Counted from the stretch's first letter, positions 37,987 to 50,810 are shown. The stretch: 64,000 nucleotides of DNA from Octopus bimaculoides (GCF_001194135.2 NC_068981.1:127530012-127594011), one strand, 5' to 3'. The notes: generated from the letters alone by a model not told the origin. Program-made: numbers and translations.

Positions 37987-38066
37987 CACCATATTTCATT
38001 GATTGTATTTCTGAACAAGATCTTGATGAAATGAATGTTGAAATCATAAGAAATACTCTCTACAAG
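37987..38066 (+). CDS. ATP6V0D1: V0 subunit d, exon 4 (80 nt)
   Basis: tttcag|CACCA...TACAAG|gtaaat; (A)[26 protein letters not shown]. Confidence 0.97.
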
Positions 38067-38930
38067 GTAAATATATTGATTTTTTTTTTGTTTTAATTCC
38101 TTTTTCATTCAACTCTTTGTTTTAATGCAATACTTTTGCACGTTTAAACATCTGATCAAATGACTGGAGCAATTCTTAGTTTTATTGCTAGATATCCCTT
38201 ACATGTTACTTATTTATAAAGTAGGTATGGTATATTTTGTCCAGCCAAGTTAACTGAGGTAATTAGAATATAATTTGAATAAACCATTATTTGTAGTCAC
38301 AATCTGATTGATTCTGTGCACCCTCTCATTTATGGACTCGAGAGTGTATCCATAACCTCTCATTTATAGACAACTAGGAATTTTGTTCTCTGGGAAGGAC
38401 ACTTAGTGAAAGCTCACAAGAGTAAGCTTGTCAAACACTAGGAATTGAGGGAGCAGTGCAGAAGCTGAAACTGGTGGGCTCACTGTGAGCCAATTGAAGT
38501 GGGCTGCTGGGAGTTTGCAAGTCAATCAGTCTGTGATGCCCTGGTTGGGCTTGGAATCACTGGTTAGTAAAATGGGGTACTATATGTTGCATTACTGAAT
38601 GTTGACTAGTCCAAAACATCCTACATTACTGATGATGCTTCCCAAAGCACCTGAGAGATGTATCTTGCAGCCACTCCTATAAAAAATCTCATATTTTTCA
38701 TTATAATCCTGCAACATACATTGTTTCATTCTAAAAGCTAACTGTACTATGTAACTTGTTCGTTTCACCAATCACATGTGCTTATTAGTTTTTAAAGTAT
38801 ATTTCATGTGCTTATTAATTAGTTTTTAAATAACATATGCTTATTAGTTTTTAAAGTATATTTCATTTCCACATGTACATTAAAGATTTTGTGACTTCAT
38901 TATATTCAGTTTTAATGTATTAATTTAAAG

Positions 38931-39008
38931 GCATATCTTGAAGACTTCTATAACTTCTGTAAAGAACTTGGTGGTGCCACAGCTGAGGTTATGTGTGAAG
39001 CTCTTGAA
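38931..39008 (+). CDS. ATP6V0D1: V0 subunit d, exon 5 (78 nt)
   Basis: ttaaag|GCATAT...CTTGAA|gtaagt; [26 protein letters not shown]. Confidence 0.96.
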
Positions 39009-39639
39009 GTAAGTATATTTTTATACAAAGTATTATTAAATATCTTGAATACATTACATGGCTACAATGTGATTGATTCTTTAGATCTGATTCATGGACT
39101 AAGAGTTTCGGCAACCTCTGTTCTATGGGCAATTGTATGTCTTCTGTCTAAAATGCCTTTTATTCTTTTCATCATACATTTGAAGAATTCCTCATCATTT
39201 TATATCTTTTCTTCCATGGTGCTATAAATTTGCAAAGTTTTGTAGTCTGCATCATCTAGCTCATACAGCAATTGAGAATACCAACCAACTTGATTATAAT
39301 GTAATCTTAGTGTTGTCTGGATGCATTTTATTATGGTACTGGCTATAGGGAATGCTTCTACCCTGTATTAGTTCTTATTGTCAACTCTTATTCATAGTTA
39401 GAGTTTCCTACATGAATAGACTACGATGTGACTTGTGGAATCCACATTTTATTTGCATAGTCTGTTTTTGGCATTGCTTTTGTTATTTTGTTGGAAATAG
39501 GTTGTGCAAGGGTATGTGGGTATTTCTTATTAGAATGACGATCATTCTAGTTGACCACTATTAAAGCTAATTCAGCCCAGCCTGCAGTTATGTTAAAAAC
39601 CAGTTGTGTGATTTTGTAGTGAGCAGTTATGTGACTCAG

Positions 39640-39932
39640 CTATTACTTTGCCAGTGCCGATGGACTGGCTCCTGTGCAGGTGGCACGTAAAATACACCAT
39701 TTTGAGTGTGGCCATCGCCAGTACCGCCTGACTGGCCCTTGTGCTCGTGGCACGTAAAACACCCACTACACTCTCGGAGTGGTTGGCGTTAGGAAGGGCA
39801 TCCAGCTGTAGAAACTCTGCCAAATCAGATTGGAGCCTGGTGTTGCCTCCTGGTCCACCAGTCCCCAGTCAAATCGTCCAACCCATGCTAGCATGGAAAG
39901 CGGACGTTAAACGACGATGATGATAATGATGA
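39640..39932 (+). mobile_element. RTE-type 3' end, young copy
   Basis: Reverse complement of 31066-31350 with few differences; ends cggacgttaaacgacgatgatgataatgatg. Confidence 0.85.
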
Positions 39933-40251
39933 AAATCACATTTTCAATATTGAAATACCTTTAAAAAAATACATTTTATTTTGCTAGTCTACAATCACCC
40001 TTGTCAAATCTTGATCTCAAGAAATCACTAAACAAGATTTTAAGTAAATTTCACATACTCATGTATATATTATCAAAATTTTTATGTCCAATTTACTGAG
40101 CTGGCATAAGTTAGGCAGAACTTTTTGAAGCAGTTTTATGGCTGGATGCATGTCTTAATACCAACCCGTTTAATTCTGAGTTATTGTTGTTCTAATTTGT
40201 AAGTATGGAACTAATCCTAGTTAAGCCTTAACTTTAGTATCATTATAACAA

Positions 40252-42945
40252 TACTGGATACTGGATGGTTTCCGTGTTGAAGCTCCTAGGAGCTTGTTCA
40301 CAGGTCTTTTTCAATTAATTAATTTGTCATGTGTGTTACAACACTTCGACAGTTGTAGCTAATAGTAACAGACAGTGTCAAATTTTGCAGGAAGCTCCAT
40401 CCAGTGTGCGTCAAGCCTGTTCTTGAAGGCATTGACTGATGGAGCTGCAACCACACTGTTCCAGGTGGCGGTCATATGCTGTACGAAAAAGCAACTTCTA
40501 ATGTTGAGCCTGCAGTGTGATCTTTCCAATTTCAGGCTGTGTCCTCTCGTATTTCTGCCTTGGAAGTAGTTGAATTGGGTGCGGTTGGTCAGGTACAGGC
40601 CGTGCGTATACTTACTCATGTTGATCATATCCCCCCTGAGACGGCGATGTTCGAGACTAGGCAGGTTTAGTGCAACCAAGCGCTCTGGGTATGGCTTTTC
40701 TTTCAAAGATGCAATGAGTTTGGCGGCATACCTCTGAACATCCTCCAACTCGCAACACATTGCCATATGCCGGGGTTGCCAAACTGTATGTCCATATTCA
40801 AGAATCGGGCGAACTAGAGACTTGTACAGCCGGACGAAGACAACAGGGGTGAGAAAGTCAAATGATTGTTGGATGACTCCAAGGATTCGATTTGCTTTTG
40901 CAGTTGCTTGGTTTATGCTGTTCCTGAAGGTCAGCCCTTTGTCAATCAAGACGCCAAGATCCCCCTCCACCTCTTTTTCTGCTAGCTCCACCACAGTCTG
41001 TCCCCCCTGTGCATCCTGGCCTCTCATGTAGTATTTCCTGTCCATTTTCGGGTTCCCCACTCTCAAGATGGAACACTCCTCAAGATGGAACCGTATTTGC
41101 CAGTTCGTCAACCACTCGTGAAGGCGATCCAGGTTGTCTTGCAGTGTTGCCATGGTCACATCAATGTCATTCCATGCAAAGATCTTTGTGTCATCAGCAA
41201 ATAACCTGACATGGCTCTGGACATGCTGAAGCAGATCGTTTTTATACATGAGAAACTGTATTGGGCCAATGACACTGCCTTGTGGGAAGCCACTTGTTAC
41301 CTCTCCCCTCTCTGACTTAATGCCATTGACACAGACTCGTTGTGACCGGTGGCTCAAGAAGTCCCGGATCCACTGAAGGACATTTCCCTTGATACCTTGA
41401 GCTTCCACTTTGGCTACAAGCCTACGATGTGGGACGCTGTCGAATGCTTTCATGTAATCCATGTAGATCGCATCGACTCCTTCCCCTGCATCCAAGGTCT
41501 CTGTCCAGATGTCAAGAACGTCAAGCAGTTGCGTCACACATGATCTCCCCTTTGTGAAGCCATGCAGTTCTTGGTTGATGAGGTCATTTCGCCGCAGGTG
41601 TTCAGTGATGTACTCATGAACAAGCACCTCCATCACCTTGTACAGTACGCAGGTCAAGCTTACTGGCCTGTAGTTGTTGACCGCAAAACCGCTTCCTTTC
41701 TTGAATATGGGGTGACTCGTCTGGGATTTTGCTTGTCTCCATTGATTTTCTGTAGACAATTGTGATTGGCAGAGCAAGTACATCCGATAGCTCGGAAAGT
41801 ATGCGTGGGCTGATTCCATCCAGTCCTGGGGCCTTGGCAATCTTCAGGCTTGTCAGCTGCTTGTGAACTTTTTCCACAGAAATGTTGGTCAGCTCTGTGT
41901 TATACGTGTACTCTGGCATGTCTGGTAGATCGCCTTCCTTCTCTACAGTGAAGACACTCTGACAGAAAGTGTTCAGCAGATCAGCTTTCTCTTTGTCTGT
42001 GGTTGTCTTAGAACCATCACTTCTTTTCAAGTCTGCAATACCAGTCTTTGATTTCGTCTTTGACTTCATGTATGCCCAAAATGACTTCGGGTTTGTCTTG
42101 GCTTGTGTTGCTACCATTTCCTCTAATTTCTTCTTTGCTTTATGGCATGCCTTTGTCACTTTATTTCTGCTCCTGATGTAGGCTTGATAATCTTGCCCAT
42201 TCTTGGTCTGCAACCAACGTCTATACAGTTTGTGCTTCTGCCACACTGTTCTAAGCATATCTCTATTGGAGCCACTTCTTGCTCTTGAGCCTTCCAACTT
42301 TGGCACACATTTCTCTGTTACTCTGTCCAATTCCTTGCGCAGCTTTTCCCATGTCTCTCCAACTGATAGACATTTCAGTTCATCCACCCANNNNNNNNNN
42401 GGTCTGCAACCAACGTCTATACAGTTTGTGCTTCTGCCACACTGTTCTAAGCATATCTCTATTGGAGCCACTTCTTGCTCTTGAGCCTTCCAACTTTGGC
42501 ACACATTTCTCTGTTACTCTGTCCAATTCCTTGCGCAGCTTTTCCCATGTCTCTCCAACTGATAGACATTTCAGTTCATCCACCCATCTGATATTTTCCA
42601 GGTCTTTCCTCATCTCTTCTATGTTTGCCTTTGTAAAGTTGAAATATTCTTTCTTTCCTGTTTCTTGGTATGCATAGGACAAGCTGATGATCAATACGAC
42701 ATGGTCACTCTTCTCAAGGGATGGTGCTATAATGATATCATTGATCATGTCTTCCCTGTTTGTCATCACCAGGTTGTCTAGAGTTGGACACTGTCCTTCC
42801 CTGATTCTTGTTGGTTCTCTCTGGTGCTGTATCAGGAATGCTTCCTTTGTCACCTTGAAGAATTTGCTTGCTGCATTGTTCTCACCTTTCAAACTCCTGT
42901 CTTGTTCCCAATTTATATTGGGGTAGTTGAAGTCGCCGATTAACT
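40252..42945 (-). mobile_element. CR1-clade LINE, 5'-truncated inside the endonuclease domain, frameshifted
   Basis: Motifs GDFNYPNINW (EN), SDHVVL, KAPGLDGISPRIL, NYRPVSLTCVLYKVME, YMDYMKAFDSVPH, QGSVIG, LFADDTK and VNAFKNRLD; (TCCAGTA)-like tail repeats near 40252-40266. Confidence 0.9.
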
Positions 42946-43638
42946 CTTACAAGATACATAACATGCCAATTCAGAGGTGTAGTTAGTGGTGATAAAAGAA
43001 GTAGAAAGAGGATACAGTACTCTCAATGGGTTGGTGTTTGTGAACAAGAATTTGCCAATCAGTTATTAGGTTATGGCACATAAAATATTAACTTCAGTCT
43101 AAAAACATAAAATATTCTCTGGATTCTTAAAGATATAGATTATCTGACCTTAAGTATTCTTCAATTTCTTAATTGGTTGTTTTTCAGCCTTTATATTATA
43201 TATAAAAGTTAAGAAGTCCTTAAGAACAAAAACATGGGGTAAAACTAAAGGCTATTTTGAAAACAGGGCAATTAGGATAGCTTTTGGTTATAGAAAACCT
43301 TATTTTGTCTTTTCCTTTCACCAGAAAAATGAAAACTGAGACTAACAATCTTGTTCAGTAAAATTAAGTTAGACTAGGAGATAGATTAGGCTATGTTATT
43401 TAGAAAAAAATAAAACAAACTGTTGGGTTGTCAGATAAATTCATTTGAATTATTTTTTCCACCCCCATTTAATTTAAACCTTATTTTTATCTTTGAGTCA
43501 AGACAGTTATTTTTACCATCAAGGCATTGACAGGATAGTGGAATGTTGGCAAGAAGTCATGAACAATGAAGGAGAATATATTATTGACTGCTTTGTTAAA
43601 ATTATTGATGATAAATAAATGGAAAAAATTATTGATGA

Positions 43639-43729
43639 CTAGCAGAAATACCCGGCGTTGCCCGGGTTAAAGAGAATAATGAAATCTAAAAACGCTGTCT
43701 AGACTACGCATCATCTTTATATATAGAGA
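43639..43729 (-). mobile_element. 91-bp non-autonomous Helitron
   Basis: Minus strand A|TCTCTATATATAAAG...CCCGG-GCAACG-CCGGG-TATTTCTG-CTAG|T: 5' TC, subterminal hairpin, 3' CTAG, inserted between A and T. Confidence 0.75.
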
Positions 43730-44777
43730 TGTATATACACACACGCACCCAAACACACGTATATATATATATGTATATCAATATAAATATATGAAAGTCA
43801 ATGAAGTTTCGTAAAAGAAGGTGATCATGTACATACTTTCTTGCTGTTGTGATTATAACACCTCGTTGTAAACAATGTTCCTTGTTTTCCCTTGTGGAGC
43901 ATATACAAATAGGTTTTTTTGCTGCCCACTCTTGAGCAGCCNNNNNNNNNNNNNNNNNNNNNNNNNNNNNNNNNNNNNNNNNNNNNNNNNNNNNNNNNNN
44001 NNNNNNNNNNNNNNNNNNNNNNNNNNNNNNNNNNNNNNNNNNNNNNNNNNNNNNNNNNNNNNNNNNNNNNNNNNNNNNNNNNNNNNNNNNNNNNNNNNNN
44101 NNNNNNNNNNNNNNNNNNNNNNNNNNNNNNNNNNNNNNNNNNNNNNNNNNNNNNNNNNNNNNNNNNNNNNNNNNNNNNNNNNNNNNNNNNNNNNNNNNNN
44201 NNNNNNNNNNNNNNNNNNNNNNNNNNNNNNNNNNNNNNNNNNNNNNNNNNNNNNNNNNNNNNNNNNNNNNNNNNNNNNNNNNNNNNNNNNNNNNNNNNNN
44301 NNNNNNNNNNNNNNNNNNNNNNNNNNNNNNNNNNNNNNNNNNNNNNNNNNNNNNNNNNNNNNNNNNNNNNNNNNNNNNNNNNNNNNNNNNNNNNNNNNNN
44401 NNNNNNNNNNNNNNNNNNNNNNNNNNNNNNNNNNNNNNNNNNNNNNNNNNNNNNNNNNNNNNNNNNNNNNNNNNNNNNNNNNNNNNNNNNNNNNNNNNNN
44501 NNNNNNNNNNNNNNNNNNNNNNNNNNNNNNNNNNNNNNNNNNNNNNNNNNNNNNNNNNNNNNNNNNNNNNNNNNNNNNNNNNNNNNNNNNNNNNNNNNNN
44601 NNNNNNNNNNNNNNNNNNNNNNNNNNNNNNNNNNNNNNNNNNNNNNNNNNNNNNNNNNNNNNNNNNNNNNNNNNNNNNNNNNNNNNNNNNNNNNNNNNNN
44701 NNNNNNNNNNNNNNNNNNNNNNNNNNNNNNNNNNNNNNNNNNNNNNNNNNNNNNNNNNNNNNNNNNNNNNNNNNNNA

Positions 44778-44953
44778 TGTTGCTGTTGTCTCGAACTCTG
44801 CAAGAAGTAAAAATTTTTTTTTGACTAAAACACAACTGGAACCCTAAGTAAGGCATCTGTAAAATTTGAATGAAATTGGTTGCGTAGTTCTCAAGTTTTA
44901 GGGATTCACACAGACAGACAGACACACATTCTCATTTTTATATATATAGAAGA
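44778..44953 (-). mobile_element. Second Helitron-like 5' end; body lost in the 43942-44777 gap
   Basis: Minus strand A|TCTTCTATATATATAAAAATGAG, then a (GTCT)n tract and accaatttcattcaaatttt, typical of non-autonomous Helitron 5' ends. Confidence 0.6.
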
Positions 44954-45197
44954 TAATAAGTGGAAAAAAAAACAGTATATGAAATGCAATTAAGAATATT
45001 AAAAAATTTTTTTTATTACAGCAATAATTGACTATCCATGCATTTATGAAATTGCCCCAACCACATAAAATGTGATTACAATCATAGAAAATACAATTGC
45101 AAAATGAACTCAAAACTGGAAAAGACACAATAACAATATCTATAAAAATAAAACAAAAAGTAACTGTGTGTGACATTTTACATTGTTTATTTTGCAG

Positions 45198-45374
45198 TTT
45201 GAAGCTGATAGAAGAGCCTTTGTTATTACCATTAATTCGTTTGGGACAGAGCTAACCAAAGAAGATCGTGCTAAGTTGTATCCACGTTTGGGTAAACTGT
45301 ACCCTGACGGCCTTAATATGCTGGGCAGAGCAGATGATTATGAACAAGTACGAGCTGTTGCAGATTATTATGCA
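45198..45374 (+). CDS. ATP6V0D1: V0 subunit d, exon 6 (177 nt)
   Basis: ttgcag|TTTGAA...TATGCA|gtaagt; [59 protein letters not shown]. Confidence 0.97.
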
Positions 45375-46743
45375 GTAAGTAGCTTGGCTTCACTTTTACT
45401 TATCAAAAACATCAATATTATTGTAATTGAAATATCGGTATACTATCCAGCCTATCTTCTATGTGTCATCTTTCACCATTTGCTATGTGATCTATCACGT
45501 TAAGCCATATATATATCTAGCTCTGTCACCTCTGACTACTGCTGAAGAATGTCATTTAAAAGAATGGAAATTAGTTTTGACTATTTTTATTCAAAGCTAC
45601 AATTAGCTGTTAATTGCATTACTCAAGTATGTTTAGTCCCAGGTCACCCCAAATCGAGCAGATATAGAAGCCTCACACCAAACTTGCTTGACCTCCATGA
45701 ACAGTAACCTCAAGAACATTATTCAATGATGACATCAAAATGTAATTTCTTTCAATACAACCTACATGATTGCTACATATATCTTTATATAGACCCGTAT
45801 CTCACCTCTGTAGTTATGTACATCACAAAGTTGTAACAAATGCTTGGCCTCTTGATTTTTGATTTCTCATGGCTCCCCCATCTATGTAACATCACTAAAC
45901 TGACAGCTGTGATCAGTTACTGTTTCTCTATAAAGTTCAAGTAAACTAACCTTAGAGTATTGCTCACATGACGGGGATGGTGGTGCTGGTGATGTAAGTA
46001 TTCACCTCCTAGATCACATCCAAAAGAAGACTCTTTGAATTATTGGGAGTTTTTCACTCACCAGCACATTGGAACTACTTACTGATGTGCAGTTTCCTCT
46101 CTTTTATCACTACTATATGATATCTGTTCTTGATCAATGAATGTTCAAGCTTGCACATTAAACTTCACCAGTCTGAGAAGGCCTGCAAAGATATGGCCAC
46201 ACCATTTCCTTCCCTGACTAACTTCTAGAAATAAAATATGAGCAAGGTCTGTAACCAAACTTTAAATAATCTAATAAATACAGTTAGTTGTGAACTGCAG
46301 TCATAACTATTCTGTCTTATCTGTGCCACATCTTACTCTGCCAGATATATTGAAAGAACCAGCAGAGATTTTTCAAAGGGCTCAGTCTGCATGGAACAAG
46401 TTTTAATGCTTTAACTCTGTGTTAGCTTTGGCTTAAACCTGAGACACCAAAGTAAAATGGGAGTATAGTGTTGTATGCTCTTTCTGTGACTGTGAAACTA
46501 TCCAAGTTATGAACCACTTGCTGTCTTGCTAATTGTTGGATTTCTCTTATTTGGATGAGCTGAGAAGTAATACAGAATACACATGACTGCATAAAAAAGT
46601 GGAAAGATTTGAGAAATATGCAAAAAAATCATCATTGTGCTATGAATGTTTACAAGCCTATGTTTTCATTTAAGCCTTTAACATGGTTACTAATTTTGCT
46701 AAATTTTATTATTGTATTTTCAATATTCCTGTTATTTTTACAG

Positions 46744-46821
46744 GTATACAAAGAATTATTTGAAGGAGTTGGAGTAAATGCTGGTGAAAAAACTCTAGAA
46801 GATCGTTTTTTTGAATATGAG
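46744..46821 (+). CDS. ATP6V0D1: V0 subunit d, exon 7 (78 nt)
   Basis: ttacag|GTATAC...TATGAG|gtaatt; [26 protein letters not shown]. Confidence 0.96.
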
Positions 46822-48030
46822 GTAATTTTTTATGACCAAGGTTTTCCTTTGATTTAACACCTTTTTGTGTGTGTATTGCTTTTTTGTTTGTTTCTTCAAA
46901 ATTTACTTGGACTAACATGAGTAGCTTAGATTGGAGAAAAGGAATGGAAGCTGAAGTTATATATAATTACACATAAGTTTCAACATTTTTAAGCTATATG
47001 GTTTAAGACAAAAATGCAGTTAAGGTGGTTATTCTGGAGATGACATAGTAAACGAATGTTTAGGATGTGGGGTATATTTGACAGATGGGAGTAGAGGTTA
47101 GTGAAACAAGTAGATGGAGATGATATACTATCAACTTCTTTGGAGCAGAGACTGTTGCAGTAGTGATAAAAGTAACAGCTTGATGATGAACCATTGATTG
47201 AAGAATGTTGGTGTGAGTGAATGCTTACTCATAGGATGAGTACTCTTTATTTATTTATTTTTTCTCCAAGCAATTCAGGAATTATGCATGTGTGTGATGG
47301 TACACTATTCCTGAAGTGTAAGCTGTTTGCTAGTATAGGAGGAACATGGAAATTCTCAAGCAGTTATTGTTCGGGGCAGAATTTTGTGGTCTTGGAAAAT
47401 GTATTAGCTTTTGTTATATACTCTTACCTAAATGTATTATTACCACAAGTGTCATCAGAGAATGCAGGGTTATTATTTTTATTTTTTAAAATTGTTTGCT
47501 TATAGATAGTGTGAATGTATTCTTGTGGTTAAATTTTGTTCAGATATGTAACATTTGCATTTTGGAGGACGTTTTGTGGGTTATTTATGGAAGTTAGGCA
47601 TGCTTAGTTTGGCACACCATATTTTCTGGTGTACATGTTGATGTATATAGTGTAAGCATTCAAACATTGTCGCTATATTACAAAACCCTGCTGCATTTCA
47701 CATGGAATGTTTGGTCCTCTAAAGTTGCCTTGGTGTATAAATCACCTTACGTTTTTTCATTGTGAATCTTAGTCTGAAAAATTTGACTTGTATGCCAGAA
47801 AAATGTGGCAATGAAATTATGTGATGGGGATGAAGTTAGGGAGGAAGAAAGGCAATGTTAGTTTTACAGGAGCATGGGGTTATAATGAGGTTTTGTTAGA
47901 GTTAATGGTGATCAGTTTTTTTATATATAAGAAGGAAAATGTAAGAGTTAACTGACCTCTGAGTTATATCTGAACGTTTTAACTGTTGGATGAAGTAAAG
48001 TGACATACTTTACAATTGCATATGTTTCAG

Positions 48031-48192
48031 GTGAAGCTGATGAGGAATGCCTTCATGCAACAGTTCCAATATGGTGTCTTTTACTCTTTCTTGAAACTCA
48101 AAGAACAAGAGTGTCGCAACATCATCTGGATTGCTGAATGTGTAGCACAGCGCCACCGAGCCAAAATTGACAGCTACATACCCATTTTCTGA
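48031..48192 (+). CDS. ATP6V0D1: V0 subunit d, exon 8 to stop (162 nt); total CDS 1050 nt = 349 aa
   Basis: tttcag|GTGAAG...TTCTGA; [53 protein letters not shown]. Confidence 0.97.
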   Translation: MKLMRNAFMQQFQYGVFYSFLKLKEQECRNIIWIAECVAQRHRAKIDSYIPIF

Positions 48193-49230
48193 AGTCATTG
48201 TGAATCTGTTGAAATTTAGTTGAAGACCAACTGCTAACACTTTTTTTTTTATATCATCTTGAAATTTTTTTTCTTTCTGTGCTTCCCATCAATCAGATGA
48301 AAATATAAAAGTAAATTAAAAAAAAAATGAGTAAAGTGGGAAGAAGGAAAAAAACAAAAACAAACAATAAAAGCAAAATGAAAGGAATCAAACCATTAGA
48401 ATAGAAAGATTTCACATCATTGTAGACTTCTGTAGCCAAAACTAGAGCTATGCTGAAATTGTCTGCTGTTTTACTGTTATGTTCTTTGTTATTGCTGATT
48501 TTGTTTATCTTTTCTTTTCCGCCTGTTTCTGCCGTTGCTCATAGTTTTGAATTAGCAATTGGCGTGTATTGTTGTTATTGTTGTTGCAAGTACCATAAGG
48601 TGGTACTGAATTATTGATAAAACATCTGCAAGCCAAATATGATTTACAGTTGCAATTACTTTATTTAAATTCTAAATGATCTTATGTGAAAAAAATAGAA
48701 AACTATAAAAAAGCAAAAACTTTAGTTCTTTGTGTCATTTTACATAGATTTACTTTTGGTGCATAAGTTTAGTGTAGAATTAAAGAATATCCTAAATTTT
48801 GTTTAAATATTTGGAATGGAAAGAATCAAATATCACATGTTAATTAGGTAATATTTTCCCTCACTAAAAAGTTCTCCGAACTAGGTTATCTTAATCTTTT
48901 TGCTTAAAACTTCGTTCAATAAATGCCGAAAACTGTAGAGTTACCTCCCTTGCTAACCTTTCAGTATTAATCAAGTATATATAAAAAAAAAAGCCCAATT
49001 ATTTTTAGGTCTAGATATAAAAATCTGTTGATAGAATAAGTTTTGTATTTGGTGAATATAATTTCGTGTTTTCATACAGTTCTTATTTATTGTAGTGCTG
49101 TTTATTTGTTTTTTCCTAGTCATTTTAACTTAAACATTCCTTTTGATATTTTTTACAAACTAGTTGTAAATTATATTATTCTAATGTAATGATGTACGAC
49201 TAATTTTAATATCATTAATTTTAAAATTGA

Positions 49231-49236
49231 AATAAA
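49231..49236 (+). terminator. Candidate ATP6V0D polyadenylation signal
   Basis: AATAAA followed by GU-rich gctggtgtgtc; other AATAAA at 48366 and 48918 are also possible. Confidence 0.4.
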
Positions 49237-49922
49237 AAAAGCTGGTGTGTCATAATAGAACCCTAGCATTGATGATATTACCAAAGTTAACTCTAATTTT
49301 GTAGATAGCTACAGAAATATATATATGATACTATAAACATGGCTGATTCTATCTACAACAAATTTGTACAGTTGCAGAGTTAGCCATTTGGCTGCAATTA
49401 TTTCAGCACGGTGTACGTTATTGGTGTGAAAAACAAAAGTTGTGTATCTAAAATGTTATTGGTCATTACCAATGCATTGCTGGTCTTGGGATATATAATT
49501 GTATTTTGTTGATCTGTGATTTTTATCATCTTGATATGATAGTCTTGTTGATATTTAGAGACAAATGAAGAGGATTCATTGTACCATTTCCTCATCATTA
49601 TCTAAAAAAAATCAGCATTCCTGGAAAAAAAATAACTTGAATCTTTAATACATTCATCAAAGAAACTTGATCATGACATGCTTTTAGAACAATTTTCGTC
49701 TGACAACCAAAAGTTAGTTGTATTTTTTTTCTGGTACTGAATGAAAATTTATTGTAAAGAAATATCTTTAGAAAATATTTCACTTCATAGCAAATCCAAA
49801 TAACTTTGCAGCTGTTTGGTATTTGTAAACAATATTTGTTGGGGTGATAAAAATTGGACCTTAAAACTGTCAGACTGGTTGTTCTTGTTGCAAACTTTTA
49901 AACCACATTGAAAAGCTTTTGA

Positions 49923-50059
49923 CTAAAATTGTTCTGGAAATGTCTCTTCAACATCTGTTAAAGATGCCTCTCTGAAATAATGCTGACTTGGCAGTGAATA
50001 ATCTAATTGGTTCTTTAAGAAAGTTGATTTTGTCACCCCTTCATGCTCAATTGAAATAC
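49923..50059 (-). CDS. Candidate terminal coding exon of an unidentified minus-strand gene
   Basis: gttttag|GT ATT TCA...TTT TAG; 45 open codons ISIEHEGVTKSTFLKNQLDYSLPSQHYFREASLTDVEETFPEQF*; minus-strand AATAAA at 49748-49753. Confidence 0.4.
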
Positions 50060-50496
50060 CTAAAACTTTCTTCTGAGTATTGGATTATATATTAAAATTT
50101 TTTTTGAGGGTGTGTGTGTCTATTTGTTAAATTTAAAGAATTAAAGTTATCTTTCTGTTTGCAGAAAGTTGTTATAAAATTCAAAGTCATTTATTTTATT
50201 TTTTAAATACTTTTTGTCTTCATAGTATGGAAAGAAATTCAGAAAATCAATAGTGTGAAGTAGACTTGTTGGAACTAGGGAGTTGTTTTGTAAAATAAAA
50301 TATCAAAACTTATAAACTATCATGATTTTAATCCTGCTTTTATTAATTTATTTTCATATATTTTGGAAGAAAATCTGAACCATTCATGTGTCATTAACTC
50401 TGAAACAAAGCAACTTTATAACTTAACTCCAGCACATCACTTTAACCATGTATTCTATGCTACTTCAAAATCCCTGTTTATAAAGTGATAATAAGC

Positions 50497-50810
50497 TTGG
50501 CTTATGGCTTAGTGGTTAGGGTATTCAGCTCACAATTGTAAGATAGTGAGTTCAATTCCCATCAGCGTATCCTTGAGCAAGACACTTTATTTCACATTGT
50601 TCCAGTCTTCTCACCTGGCAAAAGTGAGTACTACCTATATTTCAAAGAGCCAACCTTGTCACATTGTGTCATGCTGAATTTCCTTGAGAGCTATGTTAAG
50701 GGTATATGTGTCTGTGGAGTGCTCAGCCACATGTGTTAATTTTACAAGCAGACTGTTCCATTGACTGGATCAATTGGAACATTTGTTGTAACCAATGGAG
50801 TGCTAGTGTA
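50497..50810 (+). mobile_element. tRNA-derived SINE family C
   Basis: tggcttagtggttagggtattc...gagttcaattccc; collinear with 61057-61378. Confidence 0.8.

Noticed and set aside
42205-42586. Exact 186-bp direct duplication inside the CR1 (42205-42390 and 42401-42586)
   Set aside because: Identical copies separated by exactly 10 Ns indicate an unmerged contig overlap, an assembly artefact.
43825-44925. Long X-rich ORFs here and at 9355-10027, 20400-21020, 31191-31739 and 36711-37491
   Set aside because: They are open only because they cross N gaps or tandem repeats.
49576-49601. Minus-strand mini terminal exon (D)NDEEMVQ* behind a T-rich acceptor
   Set aside because: Too short to distinguish from chance.
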